A stretch of 64,000 bases of DNA from NCBI GenBank assembly GCA_028534125.1, contig CM052816.1, positions 91,266,001 through 91,330,000 on the forward strand, written 5' to 3'. Each line of letters opens with the position of its first letter. Within the stretch, counting starts at the first letter, position 1. A program made the translations under genes and the position numbers. The notes below the pieces were generated by a model. It saw only the letters and a list, made by a program, of their open reading frames with translations. It was not told where the DNA came from and searched no databases. The DNA is from Lama glama. Taxonomy: Eukaryota. Shown in pieces: positions 37,600 through 50,099 of this stretch.

Positions 37600-38400
37600 G
37601 AGGGGATGATCTTATGCTGAGAGGAGAAAATGCCCAGTGCAAGGACATCGCGTTGTCATTTCTGTATATGTGCCTTTGGGTGGCTGAACTGAACTTAATT
37701 TCATGAGGGCTTACCATGTACCAGGTTGCTGTAGTTGCAGTGGGTACAAGAATGTAAAAGAGAAGCTCTTTGCCCTCTTGGACCTTAAAGTTTGGCAGGG
37801 ATGAAAGATATGCAGACAAAGATGCTCATTAATAGAAGCAGGTCCCGACTGATAAATGCTGTAATAAGACAAGAGGAGGGTGGTAGGAAATGAAGCTAGG
37901 GGAGGAAGGCTCAGCAGTGAGGATGAAAAACTGGTAGAGATTTGTGAGATATTGGTAACTAAAAGGATGCGGTAGATAAGGAAGTAGAAGACACCTAAGA
38001 TAATGGTGGTTTGTTTGCTTGAGTGAATATTACGGGATGCTGCCCGCAACAACAGAAAGAATACTAAAGATCGGAGAACGCGTAGCATTGGAAGTGGAAA
38101 CAATGAATTTCATTTTTCAGCATGCTGACTTTGCGATGTCTGTGAAAAATCCTGGTACAAATGCCAGGAAGATATATGTGTGTGTATGTGTGTGTGTGTA
38201 TAAAACCTTAGCCAATAGACAATACCTAGACTAGAGAAAACCATTTGGAAATTTATAATGTTTAAGGCATAAAGCTAACAGTGGAAATAAATGCAGTTAT
38301 CTGGGAAAAGAGTATAGAGAGAACGTTGGTCCAAGTAAGAAATCCTGGAGACCAAAATTGAAGAAGCTAATTGAAGTAAGAAGACATTATGAAGGAGACA
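37600..38400 (-). mobile_element. Decayed L2
   Basis: tcatgagggcttaccatgtaccagg...tttgccctc...tttgcgatgtctgtgaaaaatcc. Confidence 0.55.
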
Positions 38401-38842
38401 GAGAGGGCAGTTAGAGAGCAAGAAGTCACCACGTCCTCCTGCCTGCGTGGCTAATAGATATAGAGTTGTGCCCCCATTATCCCAGGGAAAGTGGATATTG
38501 ATTAGAATGAACCAGTCATGGAAATTCCCCCTTTGCCAGTGGTATGAGAATCCATGAGCATGTGAGGCAGAGCTGGTCAGGAGGAAACAAGGGGAGTCTG
38601 AGGGCTGCTAGCATTTTTCTTGCTCCTAAAAATGGACCTGGCACATAGATTTGCCTGGTTTCAGCCTCTCAAGGAAAACCTCTGAGGATGTGGCATCCAT
38701 CTTGGAATTCTGAAGTAACAGGTGTAAAAATAAATGCCAACAACTCACCAAGGGCAGGAGAGGGGAAGGAGAGAGGTGCCTGATCTGCAAGCAAACCTGG
38801 AGCTGTGTGCCTCCGCCTACTTTGTATGTGACAAATTATATC

Positions 38843-39229
38843 TGCTATGGACTGAATTATGTCCTCTCTCCAGATTCATTTGTTGAAGCTCTAACTTTTG
38901 ACACGACTGTATTTGGAGATAAGATCTTCAGGAGGAAATTAAGGTTAAATGAGGGTGGGGCCTCAATCCCATAGACTTGTGGTCTATAAGAAGAGGAGGA
39001 GAGAGAGATCTCTCTTACTCTCTGTGTGTGCATAAAGGAAAGTCCACGTGAGATGATAGCAGGAAGGTGGTATCTGCAAGCCAGGAAGAGAAGCTTTCTC
39101 CCAGGAACTGAAATTGGCTGGCTTCTTGATCTGGGACTCCTGGTCTCCAGAACTCTGAGAAAATAAATTTCTGTTGTAAGTGACCCAATCTATAATATTC
39201 TGTTATGGCAGCCTGAGCTGACTAATGCA
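38843..39229 (+). mobile_element. MaLR solo LTR (MLT1A-like), preceded by an older MLT1 remnant (~38400-38840)
   Basis: tgctatggactgaattatgtcc...gtatttggagataag...tctgcaagccaggaagag...ccagaactctgagaaaataaatttctgttg...gactaatgca. Confidence 0.88.
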
Positions 39230-39246
39230 AGACCCTATATAATGTT

Positions 39247-39345
39247 GAGAGACACAGAGAGAGAGAGAGAGAAGGAGATAGAGGAAGAGAGAGAAGGAGA
39301 GAGAGGGAGAGAAAGAAAAGAAAAAAATAAAGAAAGAAGGAAGCA
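39247..39345. repeat. GA-rich polypurine low-complexity tract
   Basis: Directly visible. Confidence 0.85.
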
Positions 39346-40300
39346 GGGAATGAAGACAGTGAAAACAAGTCAGATTAGGAGAGAGCAATGTGGGAAACAG
39401 GGAAGAAACTTAGGTTATTTCCAAAGGATGAAATGGTCGAGAACCTCTAAAGATTTACAAAGGACAATTTCAATAAATCTTGTTTTAATTTCGGAAGTTC
39501 ATTGGTGACCCCAATAATTCAAATGATGTGGGCAATATCCAGATGATGCTAGAACAAGGAATGAATACGAATTGAGCAAGAGATATCAAATACTGACAAC
39601 ATTTTCAAAAAGGTTGGTTAGGAAGGGAAGATAGGGAGGTATCCAAGAGATGCAAGAACAAGGGAGGGTTGATTTTTGGCATAGGAAAAGTTTAAAAATT
39701 TTTCCTAGAGTCAGGAAAGAGAAAGAAGCTGAAGATACAGAAGACAGAATTATTTGTGGAGAAAGTCTCTAAGAAGATGGGAAGAGGTAGGCTTAAGAAG
39801 AAAGATGAAAATTTTGACTTGAAACATAAAAGACACCTCATTCTCAGATCTTTGAGAGAAGAAGTGAGGAGCGTGGTTATACAAATTAAAAGAAGGAATG
39901 GGCAGCAGAAGCCAGAGAAGTGATATTAATTCCTTTCCCTAAAGTGAGAGAGAATTTTGTCTGGAGAGAATGAAGGGGGTGGATGTTGGCATGGAAACAG
40001 GAGTGGCCACAATCTATATCCTTGGACGTGCTCAAGCAGCTGCCTCTGGCTGACTGAAGAGTGGAATTAGCACAAGAATGTGACCCTGTTAAGTCATGCA
40101 TCTTTTCACATCCAAATGAACGATAGGCCATTGGAGTTGCTTCTATAATTAGGTAAAAGTACATCCCACAGGGCCTTGTCAAGATTCGTAGTGATCCCAG
40201 GAGATATATGATTACAATAGTAAAAAAAAAAAAAAAGTAAAAGATGAATTAATATGTTCAAGATAAAGAGATAATTTTTGCAAAATTAAAAATGCATTGT

Positions 40301-42289
40301 GCATGTAAATCAACAAAGTTATTAGCACACTTCTTCTCACCATACACGAAAACAAACTCAAAATGGTTTAAAGACTTAAACACTTAAACATAAGACATGA
40401 CACCATAAAACTCCTAGGAGGGAACATAGGCAAAACGTTCTCTGACATAAATCACAGCAACATTTTCTTAGATCAGCCTCCCAAGGCAATAGAATTAAAA
40501 ATGAAAATAAACAACTGAGACCTAATCAAATTTATAAGCTTTTGCACAGCAGAGGAAATCATAAACAAAATGAAAAGACAACCTATGGACTGGGAGAAAA
40601 TATTTGCAAACAATGTGACCAACAAAGCATAATTTCCAAAATACATGAACAGCTCATACAACTCAGTAACAAAAAACCAGACAACCCAATCAAAAAATGG
40701 GCAGAAGACCTAAATAGACATTTCTCCAATGAATGTAGAGGGCCAACAGGCACACGAAAAGATGCTCAACATAACTAATTATTAGAGAAATGCAAATCAA
40801 AACTACAATGAGGTATCACCTCACACTAGTCAGAATGACCATCATCAAAAAAGTCTACAAATAATATACCATATGACCCAGGAATCCCACTCCTGGGCAT
40901 ATATCCAGAAGGAACCCTACTTCAGGATGGCACCTGCACCCCAGTGTTCATAGCAGCATTATTTACAATAGCCAAGACATGGAAACAGCCTAAATGTCCA
41001 TCAACAAACAGATAACTGGATAAAGAAGATGTGGTATAATTATACAATGGAATACTACTCAGCCATAAAAAACGACAACATAATGCCATTTGCAGCAACA
41101 TGGATGCTCCTGGAGAATGTCATTCTAAGTGAAGTAAGCCAGAAAGAGAAAGAAAAATACCATATGAGATTGCTCATATGTGGAATCTAAAAAAAACACA
41201 AAAAACAAAAAACAAAGCATAAATACAAATCAGAAATAGACTCACAGACATAGAATACAAACTTGCGGTTGCCAAGAAGGCAGGGGGTGGGAAGAGATAG
41301 ACTGGGATTTCAAAATTGTAGAATAGATAAACAAGATTATACTGTATAGCACAGGGAAATATGTACAAGATCTTATGGTAGCTCACAGAGAAAAAAATGT
41401 GACAATGAATATGTATATATGTTCATATATAACTGAAAAATTGTGCTCTACACTGGAATTTGACACAACATTTAAAATGATTATAAATCAATAAAAAAAT
41501 GTTAAAAAAAAGTCTACAAAAAATAAATGCTGGAGAGGGTGTGGAGAAAGCGGACTCCTCCTACACTGTTGGTGGAAATGTAAATTGGTGTAACCAGCAT
41601 GGAAAACAGCATGGAGTTTCCTTAAAAAACTAAAAAACAGAGTTATCATATGATCCAGGATCCCACTTCTAGCCAGAAAAGACAAAAACTCTAATTCAAA
41701 AAGACACTTGCACCTCAGTGTTCATAGCAGCACTATTTACAATAGCCAAGGCATGGAAGCAACCTAAGCGTCCATCAACAGATAAATGGATAAAGATGTT
41801 TTATGTGCATGCATGTGCATGCATGTGCACACACACACACACACATTAGAATGCTACTCAGCCGTAAAAAAGAATGAAATAATGCTATTTGCAGCAACCT
41901 GGACAGACCTAGAGGTTATCATACTAAGTGAAGTAGGTCAGACAGCTATACAACTTATATGTGGAATCTAAAAAATAAGTTCAAATGAATTTATTTACAA
42001 AACAGAAACAGACTCATAGAAAACAAACTTATGATTACCACAGGGGAAGGGCAGGGAAGGGATAGTAATTTATATTAGCAGTGTATGATTAATAGATGCA
42101 CACTACCATATATAAAATAGATAAACAATGAGGGTGTACTGTATAGCACAGGAAACTATATTCAACATCTTGTAATAAACTATAATGGGAAAGAGTAGAC
42201 AAAAAAGAATATAGGTATGTATTCATACACGTATAATAGAATCACTATACCTGAAACTAACACAATTTTGTAAATCAACTATACTTCAA
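40301..42289 (+). mobile_element. 5'-truncated L1 (host of a nested L1)
   Basis: L1 ORF2 text (aaactcaaaatgg...IKKWAEDLNRHFS) and 3' UTR; perfect 14-bp TSD taaaaatgcattgt at 40287-40300 and 42290-42303. Confidence 0.95.
40866..41505 (+). mobile_element. Younger 5'-truncated L1 nested in the older L1
   Basis: ORF2 C-terminus plus a different 3' UTR; TSD aaaaaagtctacaaa(t/a)aat at 40847-40865 and 41506-41524; host sequence resumes after it. Confidence 0.93.
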
Positions 42290-42660
42290 TAAAAATGCAT
42301 TGTACGCTAGGATTTGATATGTTGTGACTTCTCTCTATCAGCCTAGTACCTATGGAGTGATAAGCAGTGTTCTTAATTTTTAAATTAAATTCATGGGAAG
42401 TATTTGAGCATAATGTGTATATTCCCAGGCTTCTGGCCCATGCGGACCAACTACCTAGGAGAAAGCAGGATCTTGTCAATGCTGATAGCACACACGGGGA
42501 AGGTGAGCTGCATGGTGGTCCCTAAAAGAAATGTTGGGCCACCTGATTGAAATATTAAAAAGTGAACGTAAGAACCAGGTATGATATTATTAATTATTCT
42601 TTTCTACTAGTTTATTAAATAGCAACAACTATCCAGCTGGGCTTCTCTTTTTGTACCTCT

Positions 42661-43150
42661 TGTACTTAGTTATCAATTGTCATGTTAGGAATCACACCAA
42701 AGCAGCAAAAATCACTTCATTTTTTTCTCTCATTGTTCTGGGTGTTGTTTGAGAGCAGCTGGGCAGTGTTTGCTTGGGGGCCTCTCATGCTGTTGTGGCA
42801 GAGGATGTTTGGGGCTAGAGTTACCTGTGACTCACGTGCTCACATGTCAGGAGGTTGATGCTGACTATTGGCTGAGACTTCAAGTGGAGCTTTGGCCCAA
42901 AAGTTACCCCAGCCTCTGTGTGGTCTTGCCACTTCCTCATAGCATGGTGGCTGAGTTCCAGAACAAGTACCTCAGGAGGTTCAGGTGAAATCTGTGTAAA
43001 CTTTCATGTCACAACCTTGGAAGTTCCATAGCTATATTTCTGCTATTGTCAGATTCAAGGGGAGAAACAAATCCCCCACACCTCTATGGGAAGAGTGACA
43101 GCATCACAGAGGAAGAAGTGTGGATGGGAGCTCTTGTGGCTGCCATCTTG
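42661..43150 (-). mobile_element. Old MaLR LTR (MLT1G/H-like)
   Basis: tgtacttagttatcaattg...cagctgggcagtg...cctcatagcatggtggctgagttcca...gccatcttgggaaatataatctgc. Confidence 0.7.
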
Positions 43151-43359
43151 GGAAATATAATCTGCATCCTGTTTGCTTGACAGAGCTGCACTCTGTCTAG
43201 ACTACAGTCTTAGGACAGACCCTTTACAGTTCTTCCAACCCCCCCTCCTCCTTTGGAGATTCTGTCTTTGTGGGTCTACTGAGGGTGTCTTCTAGGGCTG
43301 TAAATGGCACCCACATACCCATCTGACAAGTTAAATCTAGGATTATTCCTAGTCAGAGA

Positions 43360-43730
43360 TTTCTTTTAAACTAGAATTTAATTTTTAGAGCAGTTTCAGG
43401 TTTATAGCAAAATTGAGCAGAGGTATAGAGATTTTTCACATACATCCTCCCCTCACATGTACAGCCTCCCCTCATTATCAAAGTCTGCATCTGAGTGGCA
43501 CATTTGTTACAATGGATGAACCTACTTTGATGAACCATTATCACCCAAAGTCCATAGTTTACATTAGGGTTCATTCTTGGTGGTGTACATTTTATGGATC
43601 TGAGCAAATAGCTGAGATGTCTCCACCATTCTAATACCATACAGAGTAGTTTCATTGCCTTAAAAAATCCCAGCTCTGCCTATTCATCCCTCCCTCCCTC
43701 CAACCCTTGGCAACCACTGAGAATTTTTAC
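43360..43730 (-). mobile_element. Old L1 3' end (L1MB/L1MC-like)
   Basis: tttagagcagtttcaggtttatagcaaaattgagcag...aaagtccatagtttacattagggttcattcttgg. Confidence 0.85.
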
Positions 43731-44359
43731 CTAAAACACACTGGCTCTTCTTTACTGTACATTGAAATCAGAATTATGTTTTCTTTAAGAAAGTCTGGAC
43801 ACATTTTTCTCCTGATCAAAAATCTCCAGTAATTTTCCACTGTATTACAGATTAAGCTGAAATGCTTCATTTTTTTGGATCCCATGTTACAGTAGTTAAA
43901 GGAAAATTAGTGGATGGACAAAGTGAGGGCACTCAACAACTAGGTTTGGGGATTACAAATATAGCAAGATCATATTTTTCTTTAACTCCCATCCTTCCAC
44001 TTCCAGTTGACCTCCTGCCTGGAATATAGTACACATCTAGTTTCATTCTCAAGTCCTGGCCCACAGGACTACATTAGCAGAAAGATATCTTTCATAAAAC
44101 TAGAAAAAAGAGAGAGATGCTTCAAGCACAATAACACCCTAGAGTTGTACTAAAAGGCTTTTCCTCTAGCTCCTTCATCTTGAGGGCCAGACAAGAAAAG
44201 ACCATCTTCTTTAGCCTTGCCTTCAAAATCAGATCCTGCCCCAGATTCATCAAGATGGGAAATCTGATGATTTCAAATAACTAATGGTGTGGAGTGAAGA
44301 CAGAGAGTAGGAACAGCTAAGAGTCTTTGGAGAAGACAGGTAAGTTGATGAACCGAGAA

Positions 44360-44582
44360 CAAGGGTCCATAAACTGCAACCAATGGTCCAAATCTGGTCT
44401 GCCATCTGCTTTTTAAATAAAGTTTTAGTGGAACACAGCCACACCATTCATTGACCTATTGTCTATAGATGCTTCCATGCTATGACAGCAGTGTTGAGTA
44501 GCTGTGAAAAAAGAATGTTTGGCTTGTGAAACTTAAAGTACTTACCATCTGGCCCTTTTCAGAAAATGCACTTTGGCCCCTG
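44360..44582. mobile_element. MER58A-like hAT-Charlie MITE
   Basis: ccaaatctgg...aaataaagttttagtggaacacagccac...ccatctggcccttttcagaaaa. Confidence 0.85.
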
Positions 44583-45270
44583 ATCTAGAAAACCATGACA
44601 AAGAGAAGAAGTACCAGAAACTATAGATGGGAGACCAACTTAGGACCCCCTGAGAGGGACTCACTATGGGAAAAGCACTGTCAAGGGGAAACACATGAAC
44701 TATTTGGCATTTTCTGGATTCTGGATAGTGTTATGGTAGCATGACACACACTGGAAAGGGAATATATATTTATGTACTTCCAAATAATAATGGCAAAAGG
44801 AATTGCAAAAAGATAAGCAGGCATTCCATCTTTTTACAGTTTTATCCCCACTTCATCCCATCCTGTCCTCTATACATCCCTCCCTGTATCCTTCTTCCTA
44901 GAATGGAATCTGAGCCCTCAGGTTGCTGGGACTTTGTACAAGCTCCTTCTTGGGTCCGCAATGCTCTTCCACCTTGTTGAAGACCTCGAAGCTTCAACTG
45001 AATTGTCAACACTGAGAAAGCTTTCCTGGATACCCACATCCTTACCACGCCCAATGACTTTGCACTTTCTTTGCATCACTTGGCAAAGTGGTGCCAAAAT
45101 CAACTCAGCTTATACCATATTATTAGAGCCTGCGTTTGTTTCCCTGACAAGACATCAGCAACTGGAATGTAGAAATACAGTTTTTTGTTTGTTTTCATTT
45201 TTCAGTTTCATCTTACCAACTCTTCTAATCCTTATCTTCTTATTAGTATGGTGTTTTAGAGACTTTAAAT

Positions 45271-45520
45271 ATTCATTGACTTGAACACAGGGTTTTGAAA
45301 AAAATCTTTGTAGTTTCATCCCCTTTCTTGTAAAAACCTAAAGAGAAAGTACTTCGCTTCAATAATATTTTGTGTAGCTATTACAGGAAAGTACAAAAAA
45401 TTTATGGACTTGAACTTGAGTTTTGAAAACAAACCTTTGTAGTTTTATTCCTCTTCTTAGAGAAATCTAAAGAGTGCTTTGAATGAAGATTTTTCATGTA
45501 GCCGTTCTTGAAAAGCAGAA
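45271..45520 (+). repeat. Diverged tandem duplication, two copies of ~125-130 bp
   Basis: gacttgaac...gttttgaaaa...ctttgtagttt...ctaaagag...tgtagc occurs twice in register (starts 45271 and 45400). Confidence 0.85.
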
Positions 45521-47450
45521 ATTCTTCTCTGAAAAATACTCCAAATAGCTAAAGTCTGTCATCTAATGAAGAGGTGGAATGCATGTTCTTAAAGCAATGG
45601 GCTTAATGGGGACTATGTCTGAAGGAGGAAGTGACTGTAGTAGTAGACGCTGGTGCCCGCCCCACATTCTAAACCAAGAGGTGACCAGACTGTCCTCCTT
45701 TACAGTCATCTGTTCTGTGATTCTCCCCTTCAGCCAAGATTAAGCCAGATGGAAATCTGAGTCCAGGAAGCCTGAATGGGATTTTTCCAGCCCAGCAAGT
45801 GCATTTTCTGCTAAGAGGGGAGACAGTACTGTTTTTTCACTTGGGAAAAAAAAAAAGGACCCATTCAAATCTGAACTAATTTCCTCTCTTTGATGGCGGT
45901 TGCCATTATTATCAAACTGATGTCATCATTATAGTCACCCTGGGAATTTGACTGGCACAGGAGAAAGTGACTAAATTGATGGTATCAAAATGTTTTTAAA
46001 AACATTGTTTTAGATTTGGACAAATAATAGGAAGTTGAAGTCCAAGACTATTTTTCTTAATAAGACTAATAGAAACTAATAAAGAAATTTGTATCACAAA
46101 ATGGGTTTCTACTGATTCGTATAATCTTTGTTGTTCTAAATGCTGTATAGTTTATTGTTATTCTGAGAGCTTAGTCTAATATTGAGTGAGTCAGCAAGGG
46201 CTACAGTGATGGTACACAGAAGGAGGAATACTGCAGGGATATTTGAGGTTTATATTGTTCTAGGTTTATTTATTTATTTTTTGAGTGAATAGATTTTACT
46301 TTAGAAAGGCTTAATATTTGATGTAACTTTACTTACACGGCTTTCTTTTATAAAACACATTTTGTTCTTAGGCCTCTACTATTTCAACATTATTTATTCC
46401 CCTCATCGATTGAGTCACAGAATATCTTCTATTATTATTTTAGCCAAGGATTATAGTGCTTATTTTGTTGTAAAGAGAAGGAAAAAAGAGCATATTGTAT
46501 ACAAAAATAAAGCCCCGAATAGTACTCAATTGAAGATCATTATATTGGTGTAGAAATCGGTGTTCCTGGCTTAGCTCGGTGAAGGTAAATCTTAGTGTCT
46601 GGGTCACAGCCAAACACTCTTTAAGAGCCATGAGGTACAGACACTAAATTTCCCTTTGCTCAGATATAAACCTACTGCCTAATGTTAAGCAGTTTTCATT
46701 GAATTGATGTTCTTCTTCTCAACTTATTTTACTTAATCATATTTATTAGGGACGCTTAGCACATCAAAAGCACATTTGAAAATAATCTCATGATTAACCT
46801 TAGGGCAAAAAAGTTAATGCAATATATATTGCCAAGTTCATTAACTATCTTCTTGATGGGCTAACAGCTGTGTGATGAAGACAGTGGCCATCAATTAAAT
46901 GAACAGTGATCTTGAGACCAGAGTTTTCAGCAGGGAATAGCTAGCTATGTTATGGGCATTGAGAGACAACCACTGCATGGGCATACTTCCAAGAATTTTT
47001 TAGTTTTATGCCTTACAAGATAGTAGTTGTGGAAAGCCTATGCACATTCATCAATTTGGAAAGTCAAAATACGCTTACAAGTTTAGGGAGGATTTTATTA
47101 AAAATTGATTTTTAGAATAGCATTTGATGTATCATATAATTACAGATTCGTATTCAAAAGCTGTTATTTATTTAAAGTATAAGCAGATGTACATAATAAG
47201 ATGTATAACTTATTAAGCTTGCAATTGTCCTTACTCCTTTACAGAAAGATGTCATTAAATAGAAATACAATTTAAAAGAGACAGCTAAAACTCATATAAT
47301 TAGTATTTCTTGTTGAAGTAGATAGACACTATTTTGGGGACAAGTGTTGATTAACATCTTAAAGTAAGAAAACTGCTTGTGAGTGTTCTGTTTAATTAAG
47401 TAAAGTATACTGCTTACTCTAGGGCAGGGGCAACCACTCTTAAAAGGTAT

Positions 47451-48545
47451 AAAAATGACAGTAAACAAATGGGACCTAATTAAACTTAAAAGCTTTTGCA
47501 CAGCAAAGGAAACCACTGACGAAATGCAAAGACAACCTACTGAATGAGCAAAAACATTTGCAAATGATATGACTGATAAGGGATTAATATCCAATGAATA
47601 TAAACAGCTCAGACAACACAACTTCAAGAAATCAACCCGAGTAAAAACTGAGCAGAAGAACTAAATAGACATTTTTCCAAAGAGGTAATAGAGATGGCCA
47701 ATAGGCACATGAAAAGATGTTCAATGTCGCTATTCACCAGGGAAATGCAAATCAAAACAACAATGAGAAATCACCTCACTTGTCAGAATGACTACCACCA
47801 AAAAGTCTACAAATAACAAATGTTGGTGAGGATGTGGAGAAAGGGGAACCCTGTACGCAGCAAGATATAAATTGGTGTAGGCACTGTGGAAAACAGTATG
47901 GAGGTTTCTCAGAAAACTAAAAATAGAACCCAGCAATTCCACCCCTGGGTAGATATCCGAAAAAAACAAAAACTCTAAATTCGAAAAGATACATGCACTC
48001 CACTGTTGATAGCAGAATTATTTGCAGTTAGCAAGATATATAAGCAACCTAAGTGTCTATCAATACATAAATGGATATAGAAGATGTGGTATACATATAC
48101 AGTGGAATACTACTCAACCATAAAAAAGAACAAAACTTTGCTATTGCAGCAACATGGATGGACTTGGAGGGCATTATGCTAAGTGAAATAAGTCAGATGG
48201 AGACAAACAAATACTATATGATGTCACTTACATGTAGAATCTTAAAAATATAGTAAACTAGGGAATATAACAAGAAAGAAGCAGACTCACAGATATAGAG
48301 AACAAATTAGTGGTTACCAATGGAGAGAGGGCAAGGGGGAGGGGAAATAAAGGGGTAGGGAAGTAAGAGGCATGAACTATTATGCATAAAATAAACTACA
48401 AGGATATATTATACAACACAGGTAATATAGCCAGTATTTTATAATAACTATAAGTGGGGCATAACCTTTAAAAATTGTGAATTACTATGTTGTACACCTG
48501 TAACTTATATGATATTGTACAACAATCATACTTCAATAAAAATAA
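47451..48545 (+). mobile_element. 5'-truncated L1 (ORF2 3' part plus 3' UTR)
   Basis: aaacaaatgggacctaattaaacttaaaagcttttgcacagc...ATWMDLEGIMLSEISQ...tacttcaataaa. Confidence 0.95.
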
Positions 48546-49149
48546 AGGTAATATGTCATAGTACCTCTCTCTTTTCTTGTGGAGTTTGCAGAGGATCAGG
48601 AGGGAAGTTGTTCAAACGATGGTATTTGTTAAGGGCATATCCCTGGATGTCATAGACACTTACCGCAAAGGCAGCAGAAGATCCTTCTGATCACTAGGCT
48701 TAGAATAAAACAAGAGTCAGTCCAAGTGAAACACTTAGCACAGGACCTGGCAAAAAGCAAGCGCTCAAGACATTAAGCTATTATCATTATTATCCCAATA
48801 AAAGTATCAGCATAAATTTTTGTCAGTTCTCACCTTAAGGTATGGTCCCCTTAATGATGTTGACTTATAACAATGTATTAAAATGTTATGAGAAGGAAAA
48901 TCAAAGGTGTAACATGAATATTCTCTCTTGACTATGCCCAGGAAAATAAAATTCTGTTTAGCCATTTATTGAAATTAAGAAATTTCATGAAACCCAAGGT
49001 CATTTTATTCAGAAGCAAAGTGTTATTGGAGTTAGAATACTGATTTTATGCCAAACTTTCACTGAAAAATTTTCTTTACTGTTCTAGAGATTTTTTTTAA
49101 AAATGTTCCAAAAATGCTACTCTCTCATGAAATCTTTGATAAACATAAA

Positions 49150-49590
49150 GACATTTGTGTCCATCAACCACCATTGCTGACAGCCGACTGTGAAGATGGT
49201 AGAACTGAGCTAGGTGTTCATTCATAGAGAGTTATTGAGTCCTTTCTCTTTTCTAGATGATGAAGAGATAGCAGAAAATAAAGAAGCCAAGTTCCTTTCT
49301 GTCAGGGAACTTACATCCCAATGGGGAGTGGGAAGTTAAGGAGAGATGATACACAAATAAATCATGAATAATGTAAAATAAACAATGGCAATACACAAGA
49401 AACAAAAAAACAAGAAGTAGAATGAAGAAGGTAAACTCAGAGTGACTGTCAGGTTATGTGAGGTGAGTGGGGTTGGGGATGGCCTTGGTGATGATGGCCA
49501 GTGATGACATTTGAGCTGAGACCTGAATGAAGAGAAGGAGACCAGAGGTCATGTCAAGATCTTTGGAAAGAGTATTCCAGGCAGAGGGGT
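49150..49590 (-). mobile_element. L2 fragment (continues at ~51340-51628 and ~52320-52390)
   Basis: gacatttgagctgagacctgaatgaagagaagga...aagagtattccaggcagaggg. Confidence 0.75.
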
Positions 49591-49591
49591 T

Positions 49592-50065
49592 GGTATGATA
49601 AACAGTCTCCAAAGGTGGCTTCCATCAATTTCTTCTTAGAGCGGCACAGCTCTCCTACTATCCAGAGGCAAAGGCTTTTTTCCCTTTGCTGACAGATGTG
49701 GAGATGTGCCTGTTCCCAGCCTATCTTTTAAGAAGGCTGGTAGCTTCTGCTTTCCCTCTTGGAAGCCAGCTGCCTTTTAAAAGTTTCAACTACTCTGAAA
49801 CTGCCGTTACGTCAGGAAGCCCAAGCTACGAAGAGAGGCTACATGGAGGAACATCTGGGTACCAGATTTGTGAGTGAAGACTTCATCAGCTTTCCAGCTC
49901 AACCCAGTTGAATGCAACTGAGTGAGTGAACCCGGTCAACACAGGAGAGAAGACCCACCCAACCGCGACCAGTCAACCTGCGGAATTGGGAGAAAGAATA
50001 ACGTGTTGTTTCAAGTTACCGCTCTTGAGGGTAGTTTGTTACCCAGGAATGGATAACTAAAACAA
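49592..50065 (+). mobile_element. MaLR LTR (MLT1F/G-like)
   Basis: ctccaaaggtggct...gcttctgctttccctcttgg...gaagcccaagcta...gttgtttcaag...gtagtttgttacccaggaatggataact. Confidence 0.7.
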
Positions 50066-50099
50066 TCAGAACAGAACAGCCTGAGGAATAGGGCTTCCT

